A DNA stretch of 64,000 nt from NCBI GenBank assembly GCA_963823665.1, contig CAWGMQ010000004.1, forward strand, positions 2,720,001 to 2,784,000, written 5' to 3'. This DNA is from an uncultured Planctomycetota bacterium (GTDB lineage: Bacteria; Planctomycetota; Planctomycetia; Isosphaerales; Isosphaeraceae). The notes under the pieces are model-generated. The model searched no databases, had not been told where the DNA came from, and saw only the letters and a program-made list of their open reading frames with translations. This document shows positions 32,302 to 42,596 of this stretch, one piece after another. The position numbers and the translations under genes are program-made. Every line of letters begins with the position of its first letter. Positions within the stretch are counted from its first letter, which is position 1.

Positions 32302-33099
32302 TCACCGCGAAGTATCGGCCACGACGCGGCCGCAAGCCGTATCGAGCTCAGCCAGAAGAGCATCGATGTCCCGGAATGGCCGATCGGAGATGTTGGCCCA
32401 GCGGAGTGCGCCGCCGCGATCGATCAAGAATGTCCCATGCAAGGCTTCCCCGTCGTCAGGACTTGAAGCCGGAATCGGCTTCCAGACACCGTATGCCAGG
32501 GCGACCGAATGGTCCGGGTCGCTCAGGAGAGGAATCTTCAGGCTTCCGTACTTGCGCATCCGCTCCCGCGTCAACTCGGGAGGGTCTGCACTGACGGCCC
32601 AGACTTGCCCGCCCCGCTCTCGGAACCGCGGCAGCGCTGCCTCGAGTTCAACAAGATGCGTCATGCATGCCATGCAGGTGGATCCCAGGTAAAACACGAC
32701 AACAATGGGCCCGACAGTCGCCTGGGCGCCCAGATCCCGGGTCTTCCCCGTTGTGTCACGCAAAACGAGCGGCGGGGCAGGGTGGCCGAGCAGAGGGTGC
32801 GATTGGCTCCGGACACGACGCCTGCCGTTATCGCGGTGCTCGTCGGCCGAGGGCACGGCCCGCGCCCGCTCGGCCATGATCTGCCGCATCAGATCGACCT
32901 GCACGATGCCTCGCGAATGGCCGCCGCGGTCGACCGTCGGATCGACCGTCGACCGGTGAAGTATGCCGCCAACCGGTAGTACAGGGCGCTGTCTATACAG
33001 CGTGAACCCCGTCCAGGCCAGTGATAAGGCGCTGGCAGCGATCAGGGCTGACGCGCAGGCCGGTTTCTTCATCATCGCGCGAGCTCCTTTTCGGCTCAC
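32302..33099 (-). CDS. AhpC/TSA peroxiredoxin-like (thioredoxin-fold) exported protein
   Basis: GHPAP.L.L.D..G, VVVFYLGSTCMAC, VSAD, LLSDPDHSVALAYGV and GTFLID motifs; GTG start overlaps the upstream stop (alternative ATG at 33075). Confidence 0.85.
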   Translation of the reverse strand: MSRKGARAMMKKPACASALIAASALSLAWTGFTLYRQRPVLPVGGILHRSTVDPTVDRGGHSRGIVQVDLMRQIMAERARAVPSADEHRDNGRRRVRSQSHPLLGHPAPPLVLRDTTGKTRDLGAQATVGPIVVVFYLGSTCMACMTHLVELEAALPRFRERGGQVWAVSADPPELTRERMRKYGSLKIPLLSDPDHSVALAYGVWKPIPASSPDDGEALHGTFLIDRGGALRWANISDRPFRDIDALLAELDTACGRVVADTSR

Positions 33100-33389
33100 T
33101 GGAAGAACGGTTTCGACTCGCGCATCTCATACGCCTGTTTCTCGGCCCCGCCCCAGTCGCCGTCCTGGGCCTTCTTGGCGATTGCCTGAAGGTCCTTGTA
33201 GCTTGCGTCGGAGAGCTCGCCCGAGTCATGGCGCTCCTCGATTCGCAGGATGTCCTTGTCCAGCTCTTTCTGGTTCTTGAGCGAAATGGCGGTCAAAAGC
33301 GCCTCGAGCTCGCGGCGATTCTTCAGTTCGCGAACCGACGGCTCGCCGCAGCCGGCAAATAGCAGCACGAGAGCCACAAGCAGGGTCAT
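33096..33389 (-). CDS. small lipoprotein (DUF1559-associated)
   Basis: Lipobox LLFAGC; immediately downstream of the DUF1559 gene. Confidence 0.75.
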   Translation of the reverse strand: MTLLVALVLLFAGCGEPSVRELKNRRELEALLTAISLKNQKELDKDILRIEERHDSGELSDASYKDLQAIAKKAQDGDWGGAEKQAYEMRESKPFFQ

Positions 33390-33438
33390 TCGTAATTTCT
33401 GACCGCCCGCCGGGAGCCTACTCGTCTCAGGCTGCCCT

Positions 33439-34509
33439 TCAATAGGAATCGGCACTGATCACCTCCCCGTTGCTGCGGCTAGAGAGAGCCTGCCAGGCCA
33501 GCAAGTTAATCGCCTGCTTGATGAACCGAACGGATCCGTCCCCCATCAGCACATTGGCGCCGCCGGGGTGCAGCGAGTAGAACTCGTCGGTGTGACCGAG
33601 GGGGCTGTTGGGCGGGTGGATGACCACCGGGTCCTCATAGAGCGACGGCCCGCTGTGGGAGGCAAGGATCGCGCCGGGGTAATCGTAATTGACCCCCAGG
33701 CCGCCGGTCCCCAGGCTGGCGAAGGCGCCATAGGCGAAGTGCCGGTAGCCGGGAATGATCCCTACCCACGTGGCATCAGCCAGATAAGCCGTCTTCTCGC
33801 TCGCGAAAACCGTGTTGCTCAATCCGTCGGTTACCCCGGCGTAGCGAACGCGGCTATTCCGGTAGAGTGGTCCGTTATCTCCCAGCACAGGATCGTCGTA
33901 GTTGACATAAGCCGGCGTCATGCTCGTGTCGTTCCAGCCCATGTTGTACTGGTAGTTGGCGCGGGCGAAGTACTGGTTCGCCACCGGCAGCAGGTTCAGG
34001 TTGGCGTCGACCATCGGGCACGTGGGGGTCGGGTTGTTCGCCGACGGGCAGTTAAAGATGTTGATCTGGACCAAGACCACCGTCCCGTTGCCCGCCACCC
34101 ACGTCGGCAGGTTGACGTTCATCGCGTTGTAAAGCGGGGCCTGTTCGGCATAGGGCAGTAGCAGAGCCAGCCAGCCCCATCCCGGGCCGCTGTCCAGCGA
34201 GTGCGGGTCCGGATTATAGCCCGGCACCGCGATCTGCGTTGGCAGCGTCGCCGCGGCCGCCGAGTCGCAGTTGCCGCTGCTGCAATAACTGATGTATCCC
34301 GGAACGATACAACCGACGGCCGACTCGTAGTTGGCGATGGCCAACCCGATTTGTTTCAGGTTATTGGTGCACTGCGCCCGCCTTGCTGCCTCGCGGGCTG
34401 CCTGAACCGCCGGCAGAAGCAAGGCAATCAGCACCGAAATAATGGCAATAACCACCAACAGCTCAATCAACGTGAATCCGCGCGTGAAATGTTTGATACG
34501 CAAAGCCAT
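33439..34509 (-). CDS. DUF1559 prepilin-type N-terminal cleavage/methylation protein
   Basis: GFTLIELLVVIAII...LLPAVQAAREAARR.QC.NNLKQIGLA; TDGLSNT; H-x9-DG motif HPGGANVLMGDGSVRF. Confidence 0.96.
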   Translation of the reverse strand: MALRIKHFTRGFTLIELLVVIAIISVLIALLLPAVQAAREAARRAQCTNNLKQIGLAIANYESAVGCIVPGYISYCSSGNCDSAAAATLPTQIAVPGYNPDPHSLDSGPGWGWLALLLPYAEQAPLYNAMNVNLPTWVAGNGTVVLVQINIFNCPSANNPTPTCPMVDANLNLLPVANQYFARANYQYNMGWNDTSMTPAYVNYDDPVLGDNGPLYRNSRVRYAGVTDGLSNTVFASEKTAYLADATWVGIIPGYRHFAYGAFASLGTGGLGVNYDYPGAILASHSGPSLYEDPVVIHPPNSPLGHTDEFYSLHPGGANVLMGDGSVRFIKQAINLLAWQALSSRSNGEVISADSY

Positions 34510-34527
34510 CGACGACCCACCGTGAGA

Positions 34528-34561
34528 TTTTGGTTGACCAAAAATAAGATTTTAGTAATCT
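34528..34561. promoter_or_regulatory. candidate operator palindromes upstream of the DUF1559 operon
   Basis: TTTTGGT-TG-ACCAAAA (34528-34543) and AGATT-N5-AATCT in an AT-rich island just upstream of the start codon. Confidence 0.4.
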
Positions 34562-34744
34562 ATCGACTCCATTGGACGAAAGTCCATAGAAGAATTTCGG
34601 AATTCGAAAGGATCAACAAAAGTGCCCAAATGCGCACTTTAGGCAAGGCCAAGTCTACGCCAAGCTCGGGCGCGAACAGGCCTGGTTCAATTGCGGGTAA
34701 CACCGCCCACGAAATAGCGCGACGCCAGAGAGAGACTAACCGGA

Positions 34745-34770
34745 ACCCTCGCTTACGCTTCGGGCTAGTG
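34745..34770 (-). repeat. short intergenic repeat (ACTAGCCCGAAGCGTAAGCGAGGG type)
   Basis: Resembles a dispersed planctomycete repeat I recognise from memory; degenerate relatives at ~28108-28127 and ~34797-34818. Confidence 0.5.
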
Positions 34771-34930
34771 TAGTCGCCAGGACGGGTGCGCAACGTGTAA
34801 CCCGAACCGCCGCGCGATCGAACTAGGCCCGCGAAGAGCCTGAAGCAGATCGGGTTGAAAGACGCATGGCGACAAGCGACTGATGGGAGGGCTCGCGCGC
34901 TCGACGTGCGTTGCCGCTTGCGAAAAGATG

Positions 34931-36277
34931 TCAGCGTCGCGCCAGAGTTATGAAGTCGTCCACCGCGACGTGGCCTATCGAGGGATCGCGACCGCGGGCG
35001 TCAGCCACGAGCGGCGCGAGCACTCCTCCGACCGCGGCTGCGAGCAGGGCGAGAATGCAATGTCCGACGATCAAGAAGGGATCCGCGTAGGCCGGCAAGG
35101 GTCTGCCCGCTTCCGTGATCATCATGAACCCGTCTCTGACCGTGAAGCTGAGATCACACTGTCGCAAACAAAGAGCCAGGCTGTTCTTGAGTGCGGTGCC
35201 CTCGACGTCAATTATCACTTTTGACGTCATCGTCTGCCGCGCGAATTGCAGGCCGACGGGATCAACGTAAATCGGAATTCCTTTGTAGTCGCCGGTCGTG
35301 GTTTGGTTCTTGATGTACTTGAGGACGTCCTCGAGCGGTGCCCCCTTGGGGAAGTGCATCGGAATCGGCATCTCGAGTGCCTTCAGAATGGATTTGTTCC
35401 GAGAGTTGTTCCTTTCCGACGCGTCGCGGAAGTCACTCCAGTGCGGGACTGCGTCCCCGCGGAGGGCGTTCAACAAGTGCGTGGTCGGCGGGTACGGCCA
35501 GCCGGCGTCGCTCGTGTCGCCTGTTCTCCCGAATGTGAAATACATGTAGCCCCAACCGAAAAGGGCAGCCCCCAACCACATCGTCCGCCGTTTTCCTCGA
35601 CCGCCGAGCGCTCCCAGAGTCGCCAGACCCAGCATCCCGCAGGTCAGAAGAAACACCACGCCGGCCCACAAGCCCGGAGCCGACTTTGAGGCAGCAAGCG
35701 CGAATGCGGCGACCAGCGCGGAGCCGGTAAGCCACATCAATGCCGGTCGCCGCCACCAGGTCGTGGGCAACCGGTCGGATGCGGACGTTTCAGCGACAGC
35801 TTGCTCGCGATCCCGACTTGCGGCTGCTGAGAGCACGTTCGCTGCCGCACCCCCGAGGATCGCCGCCACAAGCGCCCACAGGCAATGAGCGATGTGCAGG
35901 AAAGTCCAGTGAAGAGAACCGGTTCGAGACCAGGCCGCCTTCTGAATGGTCGGGTCAAATTTCGAGCTGAGAAAGAGCAGCAAGGCTGTGGTCGGCAAGC
36001 TATCAAAGTTGATCTCGGACCAGAATGCCAGCACCAGGTAGCCGATTCCGAACAGGGCGAAGCCGAGCCACCACGTTCGCTCGCCGCGAGGCCGGTAGAC
36101 AGCGCAGACGATTGCCAGGCCGAGCACGCTCCAGACCAGCATCAACATCGCGCCGGCCCACGCGGGAGTGGAAGCCCGCAGCGCAGCGACAGCGAGTGCC
36201 GCCACCGCAACCGCGGCCATCAACCCGGCGATCGAAAAGCGAATCCGGCGCAAGAGATGTTGCCTCGACGTCGTCAA
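34931..36277 (-). CDS. multi-pass membrane protein with a duplicated TM module and an STN-like soluble domain
   Basis: Two copies of WAG..(L)...LGLA...RG.R..WLG.ALFG.GY; soluble LEDVLKYIK...IPIYVDPVGL...LSFTVRDG segment. Confidence 0.8.
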   Translation of the reverse strand: MTTSRQHLLRRIRFSIAGLMAAVAVAALAVAALRASTPAWAGAMLMLVWSVLGLAIVCAVYRPRGERTWWLGFALFGIGYLVLAFWSEINFDSLPTTALLLFLSSKFDPTIQKAAWSRTGSLHWTFLHIAHCLWALVAAILGGAAANVLSAAASRDREQAVAETSASDRLPTTWWRRPALMWLTGSALVAAFALAASKSAPGLWAGVVFLLTCGMLGLATLGALGGRGKRRTMWLGAALFGWGYMYFTFGRTGDTSDAGWPYPPTTHLLNALRGDAVPHWSDFRDASERNNSRNKSILKALEMPIPMHFPKGAPLEDVLKYIKNQTTTGDYKGIPIYVDPVGLQFARQTMTSKVIIDVEGTALKNSLALCLRQCDLSFTVRDGFMMITEAGRPLPAYADPFLIVGHCILALLAAAVGGVLAPLVADARGRDPSIGHVAVDDFITLARR

Positions 36278-36295
36278 ATCTGAGCAAGTGCCATT

Positions 36296-39195
36296 TCATG
36301 GATTTTGAATGCGGATCTCGCCGAGGTCAATTGTTTGGCCGGCTTTGACGGTAAACTCTTTTCGCACCTGCGGGCCGCTCGCCTCGCGAGACGTCGTGCG
36401 GTCGATGACACGGTAGGATGCGCCCGGGATGAGCGCCGGAAAGGTGATCACGCCGTGGGCGTCCGGCGCAGGGAGTTTCGCGTAGTTGACCGGGTCGAGG
36501 CTGGGCAGATCAGATTCGTCGGCCAATGTCTCGGCCGCTCGCATCTGCGTGGCCCCAGGTGCGACTACCATGGAAATTAGCCACCGACCGCCTCGGAGCG
36601 CCTTGACGGGTTTCCCGTGTGGATCAATCAGACGCATCACCGCCGAGCCGCAAGGCGCGAGCGTCACGACAATCGTCCCGCGCGGCGCGGATTTCGCCGT
36701 GAGAAAGGCGGTCGCAGCCAGCTTGCGCTTCGGTTCAAGGAAATGGACGGGAGTCTCGACTTCGGGATCGAGCCCGTGCATCACGAACCGCCCGTGTTGC
36801 GCGACGGAATGGTACCCCTTGAACCAAGCGATCGCGCGCGTCGGCTTGATCACTCGGCTTATCATCCAGATGTTTTCCGCCGGCTTGCCGTCCGGATCGA
36901 GAACCTCGCCCCTGACCGTCACACCGCGGCGGAGCACCACGTTGACGACCGGGCCCTGCGCGCCCGGCTTCAGGTCCAAGAAGATGGCGCTGTGCCAGTA
37001 ATACCGGCGGCCGCCGAACCGGCCTTCGTCGACGATCCGCCCATCAAACGCCTGGAGCACGAAATCATCGGTGGGACCCATGACCGAGAGGTAGCCCGGG
37101 CTCGGCAGTGCGGCAAGTTGAAACGAGCCGTCCAATTCGGAATCGACATCGGGGCTTCCGCTGTTTGCCCGGCCTTGTTGCTCTTCGCGAGAAATGAAAC
37201 GGAGGCTCGCCCGTGCAACCGGTTTGCCTGATCCTTCCTCGGTGACCTTACCGGCGAGAGTAACGCCCCGCGGCAGGGCCAGGTCGATGGAGTGCTCGAC
37301 GGCGCCCTTGGGCCAGTCAAACTCTTGCCAGAGGGAAAGATGTGTTTGGCCGCCCCGCGGCGGCGGAAAGGCAGTGACCAGATAACGATCACTCCGTGCG
37401 GCATTGGCGCGAAATCGTCCCTCCGCGTCGGCTCGCATCTCCAACGGAACAATCGGCCGCCCGGGGCCGAGTGAGGAGTGCACGACCAGCCGGGCACCAG
37501 CGGCTGGCTTGCCGGAGTCTGCATACGTAATGCGGCCCGAAACAATCTGGGCCGGTTCGAGCGCCGCTTTCATTTCCTTGGGCCCAGGACGATCATCGGT
37601 GTCAACGTCGACGGATTGTAGGGCAAATCGCGGGTCGTTAACTTCGAGCGAGACACGAAACCCTCGGCCCACCCCCCGCACCGTGAAGCGGCCGTCGGCG
37701 TCGGTGACCACAGGCTGCGGCCAGCCCGCCGATGACTTTCCGCGGGCCGATCCCGGTCGTGTGCCTTCGACGCCGTCCTCTCGCGGTCCTCGAATCGACT
37801 GGGCTCCGCGACTCATGGTGCTGACCCAAAGCTCGACGCCTTGCACGGGGCGCCCCTGCACATCGAACAGCCGCCCCTGGATGAACTGCTCCGGAAACAG
37901 ACTGATTTCCGCTTGGGGCTTTTCGGCGTCCGGGTCGAGCTCGACCCAGCCCGCACCGTAGCCGGGTGCAGTTGCGATCGCCCCGACATTCTCGTGCTGT
38001 GATGAGCCTGTGCGAGCCGCGTCGAGACGGAAGTGTCCCGAGTCATTCGAGCGGGCTTCGCCGATCGGCGCGGGGCTCAAGAGCACCAAGGTCCGCCCCC
38101 GTATTTTGCCACGTGCGTAGGCGAGGATCGTTGCGCCCGCCATGGGTTTGCCCCCCGGGTCGAGCACACGCCCGGTGACGAACATCCGGCCGGGAGGAGC
38201 GCGTCGCCATCGGATTTGGCCGCGACCTGCTCCCGAGCCTGCCGAACAACACGCGAGCGCTCCAGCGGAATAGTGCTCGCGAGGGAACCGGTCAAGTAGC
38301 TGCCTCCCCCGACAAGAGCTCCGGAGAGTAAAAGCGCCAGTGCGACGAGGGCCATTCTCCGCAGCAGCATGGTTTGGAGCACCTTTCGGGCAAGCGACGT
38401 GGCGGCACCAGTAGCACACTCGTTCCCCACCCGCCCCGCCACGAAGCTCATCGCGGCAGAAGTTGTGGTATCGCACAGATTCGATGAGACCGACGTTGAT
38501 GCCCAGTGCTGGCTCGATGCCCAGCCCAGCGCAGCAATCGGCAAGGCGAGACCGCGGCGAGCGAGTGCCGCACGCAGCTTCTCTCGAGCGCGGGCCAACC
38601 GGCTGCGCACCGTTCCGACCGGCCAGTTGAGTCGACCGGCGATCTCGTCAATCGTTTGGCCTTCGAAGTAACGCAACACCACCGCAACCCGGAATGCGTT
38701 GGGCAACCGGTCGATTTCCTGGTGCAAACCCTCGGTTTGCTCGCGGGCCAGCGCTGTCTCCTCGGCGGACGGAACGCGAAGGTCGTGCTCGGCAGTGGAA
38801 TCCCGGCCCGAACTGGCGGTACGATTTCCCAAGTCATACTCGCGGAGACGCCCCAGTCGTGCCTTCGCGTGCCGCGCTGTCCGCAGCGAAACGCCGTAGA
38901 GCCAGTTTGGCAGCAGGTCCGGGTCGCGAATCGACGCCGCGCGCCGGGCGAGAACAAAGAACACAGCCTGGAAAACATCCTCGGCGTGATGCTTGTCGTG
39001 CAAAAGCTTGCTGCAGAGGCCGAGTACCATCGGACCATGGCGGCGCACCAGCGCCGTAAACGCGGCCTGTCGAGTGGGTTCGCGCCCGGCATTGAATTGC
39101 TCGAGGAGCTGCCGGTCCGTCAGTCCGGCAATCGCTCCACCGCTCCACAATGTCTCGAGCTGTTTGACCAGACTCGCCGATGCGGACCGTGCCAT
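36296..39195 (-). CDS. membrane-anchored ECF sigma-70 factor with carboxypeptidase-regulatory-like (transthyretin-fold) repeats; frameshift at ~38200
   Basis: LTDRQLLEQF, AFTALVRRHGPMV, GTVRSRLARAREKLR, a TM helix, then repeated GRVLDP.GKP and TDADGRF units. Confidence 0.88.
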
Positions 39196-39282
39196 GGTTG
39201 TCGGCTCTCTCGAACAGTCCTCGTTCCGGAAGCTCCCCGAACTAAGGAACGGGTCGGAAAGAACTTCCGCTGACTTACGTGA

Positions 39283-39335
39283 AGCGCGCCGCGGAGCGGC
39301 ACAAACACCGTTCCGACGCAGAGCGTCGGAACGAG
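39283..39335 (-). repeat. REP-like element family B with perfect 11-bp hairpin
   Basis: CGTTCCGACGC-AGA-GCGTCGGAACG at 39309-39333; second copy at 25987-26039. Confidence 0.75.
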
Positions 39336-39581
39336 GACTTTCCTTCGTGGTACGGTTGATATCGAAATCGGGAGGTTAATTCCGGCCTGCTGCTAAAGGC
39401 TTTGTGGCCCCAGAGTCTCGTGGAGCAGTCTTTCCTGAACGGATACTGCCGCGATGGCGTTGATTCTATCCCCGGTTGTGATCGAATACTCTAGTCCACG
39501 AGCGAAATCGCCGGCGGATCACCGGATCTGACCGATCTCAAACCACCTCGCCATCGAGACCATCCGGAAGCGAAAGGCTCG

Positions 39582-42500
39582 ATGACTACCTCCCTCGATC
39601 AACGAGCATCCGCCGAACGACGGCCGACCAGCTCCTGGATTACCGCTGATTTCTTGGCCGACCGCGCATTGCTTCTCCTCATGGTCGCGGCCGCGTTCCT
39701 GCTGGGTTGCCAGCAGCTCTTCGACGCTGACTTCTGGTGGCACCTGAAGAGCGGGCAGTGGATTCTGGAAAAGCGGGAAGTCCCCACCGTCGACCCGTTC
39801 ACATTTGCTTCTGCCGATCGCCCCTGGATCGATCTGTCGTGGCTGTTTCAGGTGACGCTTGCGGCGGCTTTTGCGGCGGCCGGAGTGCCGGGCGCGATCG
39901 TGATGACCGCGGCGGTGTGCGCGGCTGCGATCGTGGTTGTCTTGATCCTTCGCGATCGTCGATCTCCGTTCTGGCTGATCACCGTCTGCTGGATACCCGC
40001 GCTCGCGCTCATGAGCGCTCGATTTGTGCCAAGACCGGAGATCTTTTCGGTACTCTGGCTGGCTCTTTACCTGACCATCCTGTTGAAGGCCGATGTTTCG
40101 CCGGCGCTGGCGTGGTTGCTGCCTTTGATTCAGGTGTTTTGGGTGAACACGCATGGGCTGTTTGTCCTGGGGCCGATTGTCCTCTTCGCCTATCTGGCTG
40201 ACCGGTTCGCTCGGTCTGCGCGGGCTCCCAGCGAGCCTGGCGATCTGCGGCCGCCCGCCTCGAAGCTAAGGTGGGCTCACCTGGGCGGGGCATCGGTGGT
40301 GGTCTGCGTCGCCTGCCTGGTAAACCCGTACGGGCTGCGCGGAGCGCTCTTTCCACTGGAATTGTTCCCCAAGATCACGGCCTGGGGCGGTGTCTATAAG
40401 TCGTACATCGCTGAATTCGGCGATCTCCGCGACTTCGTGCGCAAGCAGGGTCCGACGGCTGCTGGCAGCCTTTACTTGAGGATCGAGTGCTTGCTGGTCT
40501 GGTTGATTCCGCCGAGCTTCATCGTGCCGGCGGTCTGGCGGCTGGGTGGATTGGGTCCAGGCTGGCGGGCGATTCATGTTGGCGGCTTCGGAGCGGCGCT
40601 GGGGCTGATTTTCCTGAGCGTGCTCGGGTTTCCCGCTCCGGGAACGCCTCCACCGATGGTCTGGATGGCCCAGATGGCAGCGCCTGCGATGACTCTGCTG
40701 GGAATCTTTTCCGCGGCCCTTCTCTTTCGTTCGTCTCGCCGAGCGGCCACTCTGGCCGTCACTGGCTGCCTTGCCACGGCACTTTCAATGCTCTGGCTGC
40801 GATTGCATCTGTTCGGAGAAGGGCCAGGGCCCGCGGCGTGGCTCGGTGCGATCAACGTGGGCGAGATCGTCCTGGGCTGGGGCACCGTCCTGGTCATGGT
40901 CGTTGCCGCGTGGCTCGTGCTCCGCGCCGGTGGCCGGGTATTCATCCTGGTTATCGCAAGTCTGTTCGGCTATCTGGCTCTCCAGGCGATCCGCAACATG
41001 AACTTGTTTGGGTTGGCGTCCGGAATCGTGCTGAGCTGGAACCTCGGCGGCTGGGCTCGCGACATGACGTCAATCGACGGCGATGTGTCGCGCCAAAGAC
41101 CGGTGCCGGTGTTCGCGCGCCTTGCCGCCCGAGCGCTGGTCGCGATGGTCGTTGGACTGATGATTTTCACTACAGTGACTGATCGATTCTTCCACGCCAC
41201 GGGCGAGCCGCGGCAATTCGGGCTGCGCGAGTCACCGTTGGCATTTGCCCACGCAGCCGCCCGGTTCGCAGGGCAGACTGGCATGCCCGACCGTGCGCTG
41301 GCCTACGATCTCAACCAGGCAGGCGTTTACGTTTTTCACAACTGGCCAGTCCGCAGAGTATTCATGGATGGCCGCCTCGAAGTGCCGGAACGTGCCACGT
41401 TCGAGACGTACGTCCGGCTCGAGAATATGCTGAATGAAGGCCGGCGCGGCTGGGCCGAACCGTTGCATCGGATGGGCGAGCCGCTCATCCTGCTGGGTCA
41501 TGCCAAGGAATTCGGCGCGGAGGCGACGTTTCTGGTTGATCCAGGCTGGCGCTGCGTCTACTTCGACGCGATTGCGTCGGTTTTCCTATCGAACAGTCGA
41601 AGCGACTTGAAGGCGACTTTTCCCGGTGTCGACTTCGCCGCGCGGCTGTTTCGCGATCAAGAATGGCGAGCCGCGCAGCCTGAGGCGAGGGGTATCGCCG
41701 AAGGTAAGGCGCTGCTCAACCTGGCTTCGGCGCTCGAATATCGAGAAGGGGCTTCCGGCGAGCTGCCGATTTCCGTCGCGCTCGCGGCCGGGCATCGCTT
41801 TCGTCAGGCGATTGCCGTCGATGGAACGAGATCCTTAACCTGGGCGTTGCTCGGGATGTCATGCTGGAACATGATCGCCGACCTGCGCACTCCGCCGCCG
41901 GGGCCGGCCGAGCCCTGGGAGATCGCGCGCGGCATCTTGCCGGCGCAGGCAAGCTATTGTTTCCGGCGAGCACTCGCGCTCGACCCTTCTGACCAGAATG
42001 CCAGGGCCTCGCTGTTGCGTTCACTGGAGATGCGCGGCATGGCCGAACCAGAGCGTGGGCTCTTCGAGCATGAGAACTTGGTACGGGATGGCGTGAGCGA
42101 TCCATTGGTTCCGGGTGCGGAGATCGCCAATCCTGAGCGGCTGGCGCGGCGGATTGCCGAGGAGCTTCAAGCCGGCCGCTTCGAGGCGGTTTTCGCCTGT
42201 TTCGCCGATGCCGAAGCTCGGGGAATCAAGCCTGACTGGGCGACCGTCGATCGCGTTGGGACCACGCTTTTGCATCTTGGCGAGCCGGCGGTCGCGCGAC
42301 GAGTCTGGGAGCACGCACCAGGTGCTCCGACAACTGCTTTGCGTCTCAGCCGCATCGCCACGGCGGCGTTAGCCTCCCAGGATTTCCAGTCCGCGAAAGA
42401 AGGCTATGAATCCGCGCTCGCGCTTGATTCTGGGCTGGGTGAAGCGTGGTTCGGCCTTGCGCTTCTTCACGCGCAACGTGGTGACGCCAAGGAGGCGTCC

Positions 42501-42596
42501 GCCGCTTGCGAGGGCGGGCTGCGTCGATCGCCGAGCGAGGCGCAAGCCGGGGCAATCCGGGTTCTCCAGAGCCTGTGCGCCAATCCCCGCTCCTAA
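39582..42596 (+). CDS. large polytopic membrane protein, GT-C glycosyltransferase-like, with C-terminal TPRs
   Basis: DADFWWHLKSGQWI, DPFTF, WLFQ, RPEIFS, WVNTHG, NPYG and VFMDGRLE motifs; many TM helices; TPR-like C-terminus (ALALDSGLGEAWFGLA). Confidence 0.75.
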   Translation: MTTSLDQRASAERRPTSSWITADFLADRALLLLMVAAAFLLGCQQLFDADFWWHLKSGQWILEKREVPTVDPFTFASADRPWIDLSWLFQVTLAAAFAAAGVPGAIVMTAAVCAAAIVVVLILRDRRSPFWLITVCWIPALALMSARFVPRPEIFSVLWLALYLTILLKADVSPALAWLLPLIQVFWVNTHGLFVLGPIVLFAYLADRFARSARAPSEPGDLRPPASKLRWAHLGGASVVVCVACLVNPYGLRGALFPLELFPKITAWGGVYKSYIAEFGDLRDFVRKQGPTAAGSLYLRIECLLVWLIPPSFIVPAVWRLGGLGPGWRAIHVGGFGAALGLIFLSVLGFPAPGTPPPMVWMAQMAAPAMTLLGIFSAALLFRSSRRAATLAVTGCLATALSMLWLRLHLFGEGPGPAAWLGAINVGEIVLGWGTVLVMVVAAWLVLRAGGRVFILVIASLFGYLALQAIRNMNLFGLASGIVLSWNLGGWARDMTSIDGDVSRQRPVPVFARLAARALVAMVVGLMIFTTVTDRFFHATGEPRQFGLRESPLAFAHAAARFAGQTGMPDRALAYDLNQAGVYVFHNWPVRRVFMDGRLEVPERATFETYVRLENMLNEGRRGWAEPLHRMGEPLILLGHAKEFGAEATFLVDPGWRCVYFDAIASVFLSNSRSDLKATFPGVDFAARLFRDQEWRAAQPEARGIAEGKALLNLASALEYREGASGELPISVALAAGHRFRQAIAVDGTRSLTWALLGMSCWNMIADLRTPPPGPAEPWEIARGILPAQASYCFRRALALDPSDQNARASLLRSLEMRGMAEPERGLFEHENLVRDGVSDPLVPGAEIANPERLARRIAEELQAGRFEAVFACFADAEARGIKPDWATVDRVGTTLLHLGEPAVARRVWEHAPGAPTTALRLSRIATAALASQDFQSAKEGYESALALDSGLGEAWFGLALLHAQRGDAKEASAACEGGLRRSPSEAQAGAIRVLQSLCANPRS

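Noticed and set aside
34570..34590. GGAC-GAAA-GTCC hairpin as a hammerhead ribozyme or c-di-GMP riboswitch
   Set aside because: There is no CUGANGA core or GEMM second stem, and the GNRA loop is on the strand opposite the adjacent mRNA.
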